Source: Raillietiella orientalis
Lineage: Eukaryota
DNA length: 64,000 nt
Assembly (NCBI GenBank): GCA_036172245.1
Contig: JAYWIR010000003.1
Span: 6,510,001 to 6,574,000 of the forward strand
Direction of reading: 5' to 3'
The notes beneath the pieces were generated by a model. The model did no database searches, was not told the DNA's origin, and worked only from the letters and a program-made list of their open reading frames with translations. This document shows positions 25,701 through 37,822 of this stretch, piece by piece; position 1 is the stretch's first letter, and the number at the start of each line of letters is the position of its first letter. The position numbers were made by a program, and so were the translations under genes.

Positions 25701-28575
25701 TGAGGGGCCATCCGCAGCGAGGCAGCACCGCCGCAGCAGGAAGGCTGGACGCGTCCAGCCTCCGGCGACGACGACACGCGCGAGGGTCCGCATTCTGGAG
25801 GACCGGAGTCGACCTCACCCTATCTCCGCGCGTGTAAAGGTAGTGGAGAGGGAGGAGCAATGACGCACGCCCTGTGCGCGCAGCACGCATCCAGGACCGG
25901 GAAATCCAAGAGCGCCAGTGGCAGCAAGAAGAAAAACGGACGAGAGCAGCAGGGATAATGACAATGATGATGATGAGAGTACGAACAGCGATGACGAGAA
26001 CAAGAACAAGAAGAGTGATGGTGACGACGGAGAGGATAGCGGCGCAAAAATGGCACGACGACTAGCAACAGACTTGGCGGCGCCGGTCGTGGCAACGGAA
26101 GCGGCACCGGCAACCATGGCGGCAGCGACGGCGAACACAGCGCTAGCATCACAAAACCCATTAAATTACTATCAGAAACCCAGGAGCCACCGTGATGATG
26201 GATGCGAATCGGAACAAAGAAAAGAAGGCACCTGTAATAATGCTGGTGGCTGCAGCGGCGGCGCCAGAGGTGATGGTCATTGTGAAGAAGAGAAAAGGAG
26301 TAGCAGCACAGCAACATCGAGGGAGATGGCAACAACATCGGAGAAAGCAGAAGACGAACGCGCAGATGACGGAAGCGGAGGCCGGCAGACGCCGCAGAGG
26401 AGTAGCGCGGCACCGCCAATCGCAGCAACGCCAGCGGACAGCGGCGCCAGCAGTGGCAGGGGGAACAGCAGTCGCGGCAAACGCAGCCTTACCAGTAAGG
26501 GAGAGGGGAGGGGAAAAGGTAACCGTGGCGACGGCTGAGAATCGAAATCCATCATCGATGGCTCTCGTTTGTGGGGTGGTGACGAGGGCTGTTACAATAA
26601 TCGCTAGCCGGGATGCAAGCAGTGGCATAAATGATAAGGACAGCGTTCGTGGTGGCTAAGGTGTGGCGTGAACACGGTTCCACGCCACCCGCGGAGTGTA
26701 CGTGCTCGAGATAGGGAAGGCATATCAGGAGGAATGGGGTCCCCGCCCTACGAATCCAGAAAGGCTCGGAGTGCGCTCTTCTCACGTTTGGCGAGGGGGG
26801 ATCGCACCTCCCACCTTGGTTGTCTCCGAAGGGAAATCCCTTCCTCATTCTCTCCGGAGGGGGCAACCCGGAAGGGGGTGGTCCTCTCCATTTCATCTAC
26901 TCCGGAGGGAACCCGCAAGGGAACCGCTCCTGTTCACTCCTCTGAAGAGAACCCAAAGGGACGCTTCCGAAATTCGGAAGGGGCGCTGCAGCTTCCCGCA
27001 GGAGGATTCCTTGCACTCTTCTGGAGAGGCGGCGACTCGGAGGGGTCCCCCCGATGTGGGGGATCCAATCTCCGTTGTACGACCGGAGGGGGAACTCCTC
27101 ACTCCTTGGATTCCTGGAAGGACCCGAAGGTCGACTCCCATTGTTCCGGCCTTCATCGGGGGGCCTCCGGCTTTATCCACCGCCGGTGCCACGCCCGAAT
27201 GTCTCGGCCAACCAGCGCCATTGCAGGAGAAACTCGGAAACCAACGACGCAGTGGTGTCAGTTTCTGCCAGAGTATTCGAACCCGCGACGCACGGTGCCA
27301 CGCGCGGAAGCCTTAACCACAAAACCTCCGACGCGGGCTCGCAACCTCATGGACAGCTGTCCATGAGGTTGCGAGCGACCGTGGGGAGGACGTATCGAGG
27401 TAAACGGCCAGGATCACGCCGCCGTTAGCGGCGGCGGCAGGAGGGCTGGGAAGGCGGAGGAGGGAGGAGGCAGCGCGGTGATGGAGGCAGGGAGAGCGGC
27501 GACGGCGCGCAATCTTCGCCCTGCACGCCCCTGGGGTGCTGAAGAAGCGCATGGTGCTTACCAGGCGCTTAGAGGTCTTCACGAGAGGCCGGTTCATGCC
27601 GTTCATCTTGTGGTACAGCCCGCAGGCGTTGCACAGGTAGTGGCCCGTCCCGTCGCGCCTCCACAGGGGGGTGGAGATGGCCCCGCAGTTGACGCACTCC
27701 CGCTCCTCGCTCAGGTAGTCGCACCCGGGGTCTGGAAACGCGGGAAAGGGCTGTCAGCGCCGTCGCCGGGGAGACGGAAGGGAGCAAGCAGAAGGGGAGG
27801 CCACCTCCAGATGGGGAGAGCATTGGGGCCGCTGTTTGCCCTCTGGAGGTGCTCGAGAGAGAGGGGCATCTGACCCCATCCTTTCATCTCCCCCTCCTCC
27901 CTAGAAGGAAGCGACGCGAAGCGCTCTGCCCAAACGCACCCCATCCTACTGGCGGCGGCTGGGACGCAGGGAACTTGGACTGCCCTCCCTGCGGCGGAGG
28001 CAGGGGTCGTCACGGTGAATTCCCCTCTTTTCCCGAGGCCGCGTGAAGACCTCTCTCGCCTCTTTACCCGCCAAAGGAGGCCAGAGAGGCTCATTCTTCC
28101 CATCTTTCCGGGAGCGGGATCAAGGGGGAGGAGGCTGCTGGGCTAGAGAGGGGAGCGTGGGCGCGCACACGGTACCGTAGAGCGCTCTCCTGTGGAAGTA
28201 GTCTCCGTCGTAGGGCCTCCACGCCGGGAAGTGGCCATGTGGCGGGGGGAAGGGACAGGGCGCCAGGCTGGAGGCGCCCCCGCCCGGGAATGGCAGCCGC
28301 GTCGTCTGGAGGGCGGGAGCGCGGGCGATCTGGTGGGCGCCAGAGAAGTGGAACTCGGCAGGGGCGCCTCCCGGCAGCACCCACGGGAAGGACGGCGGCG
28401 GGTGGGGCGCCGGGCCGCTCCCATTCGCCGTTGCGGTGGCAAGGGTCCCGCCGGAGGGCGGGACTTCGCCCTTGAGATGGTAGGGCTGCGCCCCAGCAGG
28501 TTTGGGGCCGCCTGAGTAGAAGGGGTTCTGCTGGAAGCCGGTCGTGGGAACGCTGCTGATCCCCGGGGAGTACAT
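19704..28575 (-). CDS. pnr: GATA4/5/6 family transcription factor, pannier orthologue, two zinc fingers, 376 aa. Exons in transcription order: 28575-28176, 27731-27562, 20906-20654, 20011-19704
   Basis: N-finger [46 protein letters not shown] and C-finger [59 protein letters not shown] are pannier-type. The upstream AWRPYDG..FHR motif resembles insect Pnr. GT-AG junctions have phases 1/0/1 and the CDS is 1131 nt. An acceptor at 28622 implies an upstream 5' exon; a candidate donor lies at 33325. Confidence 0.92.
22640..22850 (+). mobile_element. Possible decayed GIY-YIG endonuclease (Penelope-like) fragment in the pnr intron
   Basis: Broken-frame LGV..APYVGK / T..RCL followed by [17 protein letters not shown], loosely like GVY.IPC..YVGET.R.L..H. 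Weak pattern recognition only. Confidence 0.25.
26697..27335 (-). mobile_element. Dispersed repeat copy 2, tRNA-derived SINE-like, in the large pnr intron
   Basis: Similar to 12943-13535. The minus strand begins GGTTTTGTGGTTAAGG (A-box/D-loop-like, 27326-27311) and then GCGGGTTCGAATAC (B-box/T-loop-like, ~27286-27273) at tRNA-like spacing. Confidence 0.78.
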
Positions 28576-31500
28576 GGGGCCGGCCGAGGAGGGGTGGTCC
28601 CTGCGGCGGTGGCGGCCGGATCTGAAAGAAAAGGCGGCACACCTGGGAGTGCTCACGGTCCGCTCCCCCTGCCCCCCATACCCCCCCCCGGGCAGGCCCG
28701 AGCCTCAGTCGGGAGCGACCGGACTCGAAGGGAGGACTGGAGAACACGAGTTGACGAGGGGAGGGAAAAGGGAGGGCCCTTCGCCTCCCTTTTCCTTCCC
28801 TCCGCCACTCCTCTCCATTCATCCCTCCGTTTCTTCCCTCAGGCTCGCCCGCGCGTCCCGCTGGCGTCCCTGTGGCGACGGATGGAGCGTCCTTGAACTC
28901 TGCGGCAGCAGATGGCCCGGGTGCTGAAAGAGGGGTGGAGGAGGGCCACTCGCTTGCACTCCCCCTCCAGGGGCGGAAAAGGGAAGCCGCGGGCGAAGGG
29001 GCGAGCGGACGGCCCCTCGCGACCCTGCATCCTGCAAATGCTACCTCTGCTCAGAGGGCGCCCTGTGAGAGCACCTTCGTTTTAGCCCGCCGGAGGCTAG
29101 AAGGAGCGGGCGTCCCTCCCCCTTCTGCCTCTTCCCTCGGTCGTCATGGCTCTTCCTTCCTCCTCCTCCTCCCTGTTGCGAGAGGTGCAGGAAAGACTGG
29201 AGGAGTTGAGAGGGGATGGCTGTGAGGGAGAGCACGGCCCTCGTCTTGCGTTGGGAAAGGAAATGGGAGGGGGAGAAGGGAGGGAAAAGAGGGTTCTCTA
29301 CGCATCCCGCGAGGGGGCCTGCAGCGAGCAGCGACTCCCGGAAGGAAAGAATAGGGCCAGAGCTGGACGGTCCGAACCACCCACTCATGGGAGCTATTGC
29401 CCTCCCCCCGGTCAACGACCTCCCCCTCCGCCTCTGGCCCTGAGGGTATCGGGCCGACCCTCCCTGGGCATGGCCGACCAGGGGGTGGGGGAGACTCCTT
29501 CGCGAGTCCGTCTTGAGAAGCTGCTGGACCATGCAGGCGCCTCCTCTCCTCGGGGATCTACACCTGCAGGGGGGAGAGAGCGGGAACTCCCTCTCCGCTC
29601 CCAGGGGGAAAGGGTGGAGGGAGTAGCAGTCCATCTCTTCCCGACCGGGGGCACTTCCCGAAAGATTTCGGCAAAAGTGATGGGAGGCGCTCCCGCACGC
29701 TCCGCACCGCCCCCTCCTCCTGCCAATGGGAGGAGCCCCCGTGCAGGAGCAGGAGGAGGGGCCGGCGGACGGAAGCCCCTTGCAAGCGGACGCAGGGCAG
29801 AAGAGGTCTCTTCCGCCTTCCCGGGGGCCGCGACACTCCTTGCACCGCGTCCGCCATCTCGGAAGGGCCGCCATCGGCGCGCCGCCTTCGGATATCCGAC
29901 TCCCCCCCCCGCCCTTCGCCTCTCAGTTATCGGGTTTTCCGCTGCGCCCGGTCGCGAGAGACGCGAGGAGGTCCCGTCTGGTCGCCGCCGCCTCCTCCGG
30001 CCCTTCCTCCGGCCCCTCGAAGCGCCCGCTCTGTTCCTCCGGTGCGCTCCGGAGCGAATTCCACCCGCCGCCGAGGGAGGCGCCTTCGGCTGCCAAGGAC
30101 GAGGACGCTTGCGCAAGCCGCGCTCCTCTGACGAAACCGCGGCCTCGCGACCCTGCCACGTGGCTTGCCTGCCAGAGGGTTATCAGTGACGCCTGCTGGA
30201 GGCGTATCTCCACCCCCCTCCCGCGGAGAGCGCCCGGGGCCGTTTGCCAACCCGACGCCGGTCTTTGCGAGAATCTCCTCCCCTCCCCGCTCCTTCCCTC
30301 CTTCCTTTCCTCTTCCGCCTTTGACCCCCTGTGCAGAAGCGAGGGTACTGCAGGTCCTCCCCGAGGGGAAGGATGAGGGAGGCTTTCTAATGTCCATGCC
30401 CATGAGATCGGGAGGAGGGAGCCAAGACAGCCGGGAGAGTGCCTTCTCGCCCTTTCTCCGGAGAAGGGAGGGAGAGGGAGGGGCGAGTGAGCGCAAGTCC
30501 CGGGACCTTACGAGCGACGCCAGGGGTGGCGGCGATCAACCATTGGCGACGGCCCAGATGGGGGAGGGAATAGCGGCGTTCTCTGGGAAGACCCGATCGG
30601 TGAGATTCCAGCGGGAGACGCGCCCACGGGAGGGTCCAGCTGGCTGAGCCTGATGCTGGTCCAGAGTCTCCCCCGTGGGTCGCTGAGGAGGGCACGGTGT
30701 TGTGAGGGCTCTTCTCGGTTCCTGGAGGACCCCGCTGGATACCCGATTCCCTTTTCTTTCTCCTTTCTCGGTCCCCGACCTCTCCTTTTCACCCCTCCCC
30801 CCTCTGCACAAAAGATGGGAAGGAAAGGGAAGTAAGGATGAAAAAGGGCCAAGCAGACGTCCCGATACCAACCGAGGGGCAGGTGAGGGACCGAGCAAGT
30901 CCCCTCATGCACCGGCCTTTTCCACCTCGCCCTCGATCCCAAGGGAAGGAGCCGGCGTTGCGCTGCCCCTCGCTCCAGACTGTCGTCCAGAAGAGAAGGG
31001 AGTGGTCCGCAGTAGGTGAAGCGCTCCCTCTGTACCCTCCCCCCTTCCTCTTTGCCTTCCTCCTTCCCTCCCTCAAGTCTCCTCCTTCGTTCCTTCCTCA
31101 GGAAAGGAAGAGGGAGAGGTGGGGAGAGGGCAGTCACCTCCTCTCTCCACTGGCCATGGGACTGTGTCCCGCCTCTCCTATCCGAAAGGACAATTTGCAC
31201 GCGACCGAGATGCAGCTTCCGCTGTGCCAACGTTTCGCGTCTAAAAATACCACGCCGCTTCTAAGCCTAGAAGCGTTGCCAAGGCTGCCTACCGGAAAGC
31301 ACGATTGTTGCGCAGTCGGTGTTGATCTGAACAAGTATTGTTGCCCCGTGCGAAGGACGCATTGTTGCCTGCTCGGAGTCATCGGGCACTCGGACGCCTC
31401 CGTCCCTTGGCCGGTGGCCTCGTGTCCAACCGAAGGTGCACACAGGAAGAGGGCGGTTTCCCTTTCCCTTCTTTGTTTCTCCCCACCACCCTTTTGCCGA

Positions 31501-33993
31501 TGAGCAGCTCCAAGGAAACGGCGGCGCAGTCTACCTGACCCCTTCGCGATTTCCCAAGCACCTCCGTCGCACTCCAGGTCTCGTCGCCGCTCCTGAACCG
31601 ACTCCCTTTCCTCACCACCCCTTCCCCGCTTTCCTTCCCCTTCCCCTCCTGAGGATCCGAGCCTACCCCTCTTCTCGCGAGCCTGCCGCCGAAGGGGAAA
31701 GCTTCACTGCACCACGCCTCCTCCCCTTGCTCTTGGGGTGTCATTCAGGCGAGAGCGGGCCACCCGGAGACATCCCGGGGTGACTGAAGGAGCAGGAAGA
31801 GGAGAGCAGAGGTGGCCGCCGCCCTCCTGGAGGCCCGGAAGGGGTCCACGAAGAACATGATTTCCTCCCTCCGACCCCCTTTTCGCCTTCCTGCGTGCCC
31901 CGTCCGAACTGGGCACCCAGTATGGGCTTTTTTCGGATGAGGAGACCCCATCCCTCCCTCCAGGAGAGATGCCCACTTGGCACATTTGCACATCCCTCTG
32001 AGGGGCACAGTCCCACACACCCCTCCCCGAGGCATGCGCAGGGTGAAAACGGCTACCACAACCCCACTTGGCGTGGGGAAGGGGAGTGCAAGGGACGTTG
32101 ACCCGTCTGCCCTCTGCAGAGGGAGGAAGGGGAACGGGTGGTCATCGCTTCTGACTCCCTCCTTTCGCGAGCCTCGTCGCTGACACGGCCCGGTCAGCTG
32201 TCCCATGGGATGGGCAGAAACGAGCGCTACCCTAACTCCCCCTCCACCCCTACAGACGTCCACCAGCGAGGAGGGAAGCGATAGCTCCTTTCCCTTCCCC
32301 TGCACCACCCCCTCCCTCCCGACACCACGATCTCGGTCACCAGGTCCGTCAGCGCGCGCTCCCCCTCCCGCCAGCCGGAACGAGCCTTGCGCGAACCGTC
32401 CGTCCATCCCGCCGGCCCATCGACAGCGAAGCCTTCCCATTGGTTGAAGAGCTCCCGAGGCTGATCGGAAGCCTCTGATTGGACGACGGGCGGCGGCGGA
32501 AAGCGCTCCCGTCGCCCATGCGAAGGGGCTCGTTCGGCGGCCACTCCGGATGTCCCGCGAAGGGCGGTCGCGTAAGGGAAGGAAGAGGGGGAAGACTGCG
32601 AAGGGGAAGAGGGGCCTCCGCCCTCCTTGCGCCGCGGACTCCTCGTCTGAGGCGCAGGGCGCTTTCTCCATTTGGGGCCAATCCCCCTCCCCCTCTCGGA
32701 GGGGAGGGAAGGGATAGCGGTCGCCGAAAGGAGGCCGCCCAGCGCTGCAGTCCCACTCGCTCGTGTCCACAGGCGCGCCCGCTCCGAGAAGCCTCGAGGG
32801 GGGCTCACTCACGCGGGATGGGCGTCCCCTGGAACCTCCTCCCCTCTGCGACCTGACCGACCCTTTGACCTGGGAGGAGGCCGCCATCCTTGGAAGGGTT
32901 CCAGGACATGCGAGCGTGCGCGGGGCGAGAGCTGGACTTTCAAGGGAACCTCCGCCATCCCTCCTCCGGGGCTCCTCTCCCCGCGCCCACGGGGGAGGTG
33001 CGGTACGCCGAGCGCGCCCAGCAGCGGCCTCGCCAGCCGATTGGCCAATCGGCCGCCTCCGCCGTCCCGGAGACGCCGGCTGCAGCGCGCCCGTTTATCG
33101 CCCGGGAGATGCCACGTGGGGACCCACGGGCCGATCACGCCCCGCGCGGGACAAACACGTCCGCCCGCCCCCTCTCCCGCCTCGACCTCTCCCACGCGCC
33201 CCGGAGGGCGAGGCCTCGCCCCGCCCTTCCCGGAGGGCAGCGGCGCCGGGACGCCGGGGAGGCGCCCGCAGGGGCGTCCCCCGCACCCCAACCCCACCCG
33301 GGACGAAGGCGACCCCGCCTCTTACCTTGGCGACCGGGAGGGCTGAGGCGGCTTCCCTGCGGCTCCCGGAGGGGTGGCGCCGGCGGCGGAGGGGAGGCGG
33401 CCGGCGTTTCCCCGAGGGCGTGCGCGCGCGCGCACGTTCGCTCCCGACGCCGACGCGGAGCGACACGCGCGGGCGTTCGCACGCGCGGAGAGCGCGTCCG
33501 CGAGTGACGCGGTCGGCGGTCTGCCCGTCCGTCCGGCCTGCCACGAGTCGCAGCGGCGGCCGCTGCTGACGCAACCCCGGAGGCGGCCGCCAGCCCGAGG
33601 ACAGGCCGGCCGCCTCCGGGGGCGGGCGACCGCCGCCTCCACGGCTCGTGGCAGGCCCCAGCCGCCCTCCTCCTCCTCCTCCTCCGGCAGGGGCCGACAC
33701 TCCCCCCTCCCACCCCCGCGGGCGGGCGGACCAGGGGGAGGAAAGGCAGGCGCCTTCTCTTCTCCCTCGATGACCCTCCCCTCCCGCCCCCTCCCGGAGA
33801 ACGCTGCACCCTAGGGAGCAGAGACACACCCGCCATCTGTATTTCTTGTTTCTTCTCCCGGGGCGGGACCGCACGGGCCAAGGGCAGTCGCGGGGACCGG
33901 GGGAGGGCGGCGGGGAGAGGCGAGGTGCGCGCCCTCCCGCACCTCCGTAGCCGCTCCTCTTCGCCGTCGTCTTCGGGGTCGTCGGGCGCCGGG

Positions 33994-36900
33994 TCAGCGG
34001 TGGTCTCCTCCTCCCCCGGGCGCGACGAATTCGCCCGCACCACCAGCGGCGATCCTAGCTCCGGCATCGCCCCCGCCGCCGCCGAGGTCCTTGCTCTGGC
34101 CTGCACCGCCGCCCTTCCCGGGCAGCGGCCCCATCGGGAGCACGTCCTCTACCTGGGTCATGGGCACGGACGTGATGACCGCCACGGGCGCCACGTGGTC
34201 CATGTTCTGGAGGCTGAGGGAGGGGAAAAAGAAAAACGGGAGTAATCAGGGGAGCTTCCCGGTCGCGGAGGCCGGCGAGCCTCTTCGCCCCGCCCCTTCC
34301 CACCGGGTCCCCAGTCCCCCCCGTACCCCGTTCCTCGCGGGCAGCAGCAGCAGCACTCACTATTCGCTCATCCCGGACGTGAGGACAGACGTCGCCGGGA
34401 TGCTGAGGGCCGACTCCGGAGAGCCGGTCCCGTACATGAGATGGGCTCCGTTGGGCTGGTCCTGGACGCTGAGGTCGATCTGCGTGCTGGGGAAGAGGTA
34501 CTGGGAGCCACAGTCGCTGAAGATGAATTCCTGGGCCGGGATCTCCAGGGAATCTGAGACGGGGAGTGGATGGGGAGGATGGAAGTAGGGAGGGAGGAGG
34601 AGGGGAGCGGTCCTCGCCTCGGGGGCGGTGCCATACCAACCTGGCTGGACGGTGGCGGCGGGCTTCAGGGCTTTGCTGGGGACGCTGGGGCTCTTCGGCT
34701 TCCGCTTCCGGGTCTGGATGCCCTCTTTGCGCATAGTCTGGGGGCGCGGGGCCTGGAGAGGAGACCCCCGTAAGCGATGCGCTCTTTTGCACTCCTCTCC
34801 CTCTGGCCGACCCCCTGAAGCGCATGGGGATGGGGGAAGCGGACGACTCACGTTGTGCAGCTTGTAGTAGAGGCCGCAGGCGTTGCAGACCGAGTCTCCC
34901 CGATTGTTCCTCCTCCACAGCGTGGTGGTGGTCGTCTGGCAGTTAGCGCAGGATAGGCCGCTCCTCTTCAGCGGACTCTGCAAAGGAAGAGGGTCGTCGC
35001 CCGCCTACTCTCCTTCTCCTACCGGGAGGAAGCCAAGGGGCACGGGAGCGACTGAGGACAGCGACCACCACCACCTCTGCACTCGTCGCCGCCATCTCAC
35101 CGGACGGTAACCCCCGCCCGCCAGCGCCTGACATTCCCTTCCCTGACGCAGGCAGGCAAGCGCCCCCTTCCCTCCTCTTCACGCCCTGCGGCCGCTTCTT
35201 CGACCTGGAACGGACGCTCCTCCGACCTCTTGTCGCTTTCCACCGTGCCGCGAGCACGAAGGGTGCTTTCCGTTCTCCCCGGCGTACCTCTCCCTGGAAG
35301 AATCCCCTAACGTTTGGGGCCGGGAACTTGGCGATCGACAGGGAGCGGCACCTCGGATCCTCGCCCCGTTTCCGGGAAGCGCGAGGGGCGCCAAGTCTCT
35401 CCGAAGGACAGCGAGAGAGGGAGAGGGACGGGGGGTGGTGGAGGTAGGTCGTGGCGGTGCCTTGAAGACTGCAGTTCCCTCTCAGCCCGGCCACTCCTCG
35501 AACGCCGCCAAGCTATGGTTGCAGCTGTCCCGATCCGGGGTCGCGGCAGTCCCACCGCCACCCCGCACCCGGGTTAGCAGGAAGAAACTCCCTCCTTCCC
35601 TCCCGGCATACGCGACCGGGAAGGCTCTTCGCCACCTTTCGGGTCGTCGGAGCTCCTCGATGCCTCCGCGACCACCCATTGCTGTCTCCACGAGCACCCT
35701 TGCCGATTGTTGCAGAGCTCTCTCGCCGTCGGCGCTCATCGTCGGGGAGAGACGATCCGAGAGCGGCGCAGCGTCTCTCGGCACGCTGACGGACTCCCGC
35801 ACTCCTGGCAGGGTCCGACTAGCTGCACCTCTCGCCCCAGCCTTGCCGCCCCACCGCACCTGCTTCCTTCCTTCCGCCTCACCCCGCCACCCCACCCTCC
35901 GGCGGCGGTTTCCCTCACGCCTTCCTCCTCCCCTCTGCTCGTTGCCGCCCGAAGAACACACGACGAGAGCACTCCGCTCTCTCCCTCGGGCCGCCCGCGG
36001 TCGCCCGCCGAAGCGGCGCGAATTGCGAGCACGCGATTGGCTCCCGAGGGCACTCGAACCCCAGCCGCATTCCCGGAGCGGCCGCCTCGGCTTTGATGCA
36101 GGGAGGAAGGGAGGGGAACCTCGTCGGCTAGGGAACAGGAGCTCTCCTCCCTTGTCCCTCCCATCTTTCTCAGGAACGACGTCCTCTTCCGGAGTGCGCA
36201 GCGGACGGTCGGTGCCGACGAGCACGCAGGACGCAGTGTAGGCGGCCGCCGCACGCGGGAGAGGAAGAAAAGAAAGAACGAGACGATGGATGCTTCCTGG
36301 TCACAGATCCGGAGGGGGGAGCTGAGCTTCCGGCGTCTAGGAGATGAGGGAACGGTGGCAGCTCGCAGTTCGAACGTGGGCGGGAAGTCTCTCTCCGGGA
36401 GCGCGCGGCTGCTAGGTAACGCAGGATCGCCCCACTTCCCTCTCTCCCCCTTCCTCCTTTACCGCGAGGAACTGTTGCCGAGGGAAGAAAAGTGCATCCT
36501 CCCTGGAAAGCCCCCTCCTCGACGCCCTCTCGTGTGCGGCACGAGATCCTTGATCACGCGGGGAACCCTTCCTCTTCCTCCTCCTCTCCTTTCAGAAGAT
36601 CGCAGCGAGTGGGGGAAGAGGAGGAGCGAGCATCTTCCGGCCTCTCATCCCGTCCCGGCGCCACCGCCCTCCTGCTTCTCCTCCCCTTTCGCACGGCGAG
36701 CGCCTGCTGCGCAGTTCCCGTACCGTCAGCCGACAATAGGGAGGAGGTCCCAGTCCGGGTTGCTTCCCTTCCCCTGGAACCCTGACTCATCCCGCGCAGA
36801 TTACGGGACTCTCCCGTGGGAGGCGGGCCTGCGCTTGCGAGTGGCCTCGAAGGGGCGTCCCCTCCTCCTCCGGTCGCCTACTGCACGCCCTTTCTTCCCG

Positions 36901-37790
36901 GAGGCGCCTCCCGTCGTCCGCGGACCGCGGGACTCTCCATAACGCGCGCTGGTGCCACGCCTCGTGTCGCGCGTTGCGCCCGCTGCCTGCCCTAGTCTTG
37001 GTGCAGGTGCTGCTGCGGTTCTGGGTCCACCGGAGATCGCCACGGGCAAGGGGGAACGGGGAAGGGCAGGTGGCCTTCCCGCGTGCTCCTCTCGCTCTCC
37101 TCTTCGCGTGTCGGCGGCGAGCGCGAGAGGAAGGAAGGGAGGAGGGGGGGAAGGGCGATGGAGGGGAGGATACTTGCCACTCTTTTGCTGCTGAGGAACG
37201 TTTTGGTGTACAGCTCGGGCTTTGCGAGGCAGCTCTGGCACAGGCCGCTCTTGCCCGTCTTCGACTCGCTGACATTCAGCCACTTGCCGCACTTGGAGCA
37301 GTAGTGGGTGTAGAGCAGCGGGTGAGCGTAGTCGTTCTCTGCGGAGAGGGAGGAAGGGTGGGGTGAAGTGAGCGTCGTCACTCGTGGGGAGAGGGGGGGG
37401 GGGGGAAGGGATGGCTTCCCCTCACCTTTCGACCTGCCTGGGTTGAAGTCCGTCGCCACGATCTCCGGGTAGTCCCAGACGGCCGCCGGCGCAGCCGACG
37501 ACGCCGACGCGTACTGGAAGGCATTGAAGCACTCGCCCGCCTTCGGCTCCGTGACGTAGCCGGCGATCTGCGCGTGGTGGTCCTGAAACGGGAAGACGTA
37601 GTCGGCCGCCGCTGCAGCTGCAGCCGCGGCGGCGGCTGCGGCGGCTGCGGCCGCGGCCGCGGCGTTGGGCTGCCCGAGGCTCGAGTTCTTGAGGGTGACA
37701 GTCCAGCAATTGGCCTCGGGGTCGCCGCTGCCATCTTTCTCTCCCCCCCCGCCGAAAGTCCTGCCGTGAGCCTGAGCTTGGACCTGGGCC

Positions 37791-37822
<32 letters not shown>

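Noticed and set aside
25918..26538. 206-aa D/N/S/A-rich ORF
   Set aside because: Looks like decayed purine-rich trinucleotide repeats; no splice or homology support.
27265..27335. Functional tRNA gene
   Set aside because: A/B-box-like motifs are present, but I could not form acceptor and anticodon stems, and it heads a dispersed repeat.
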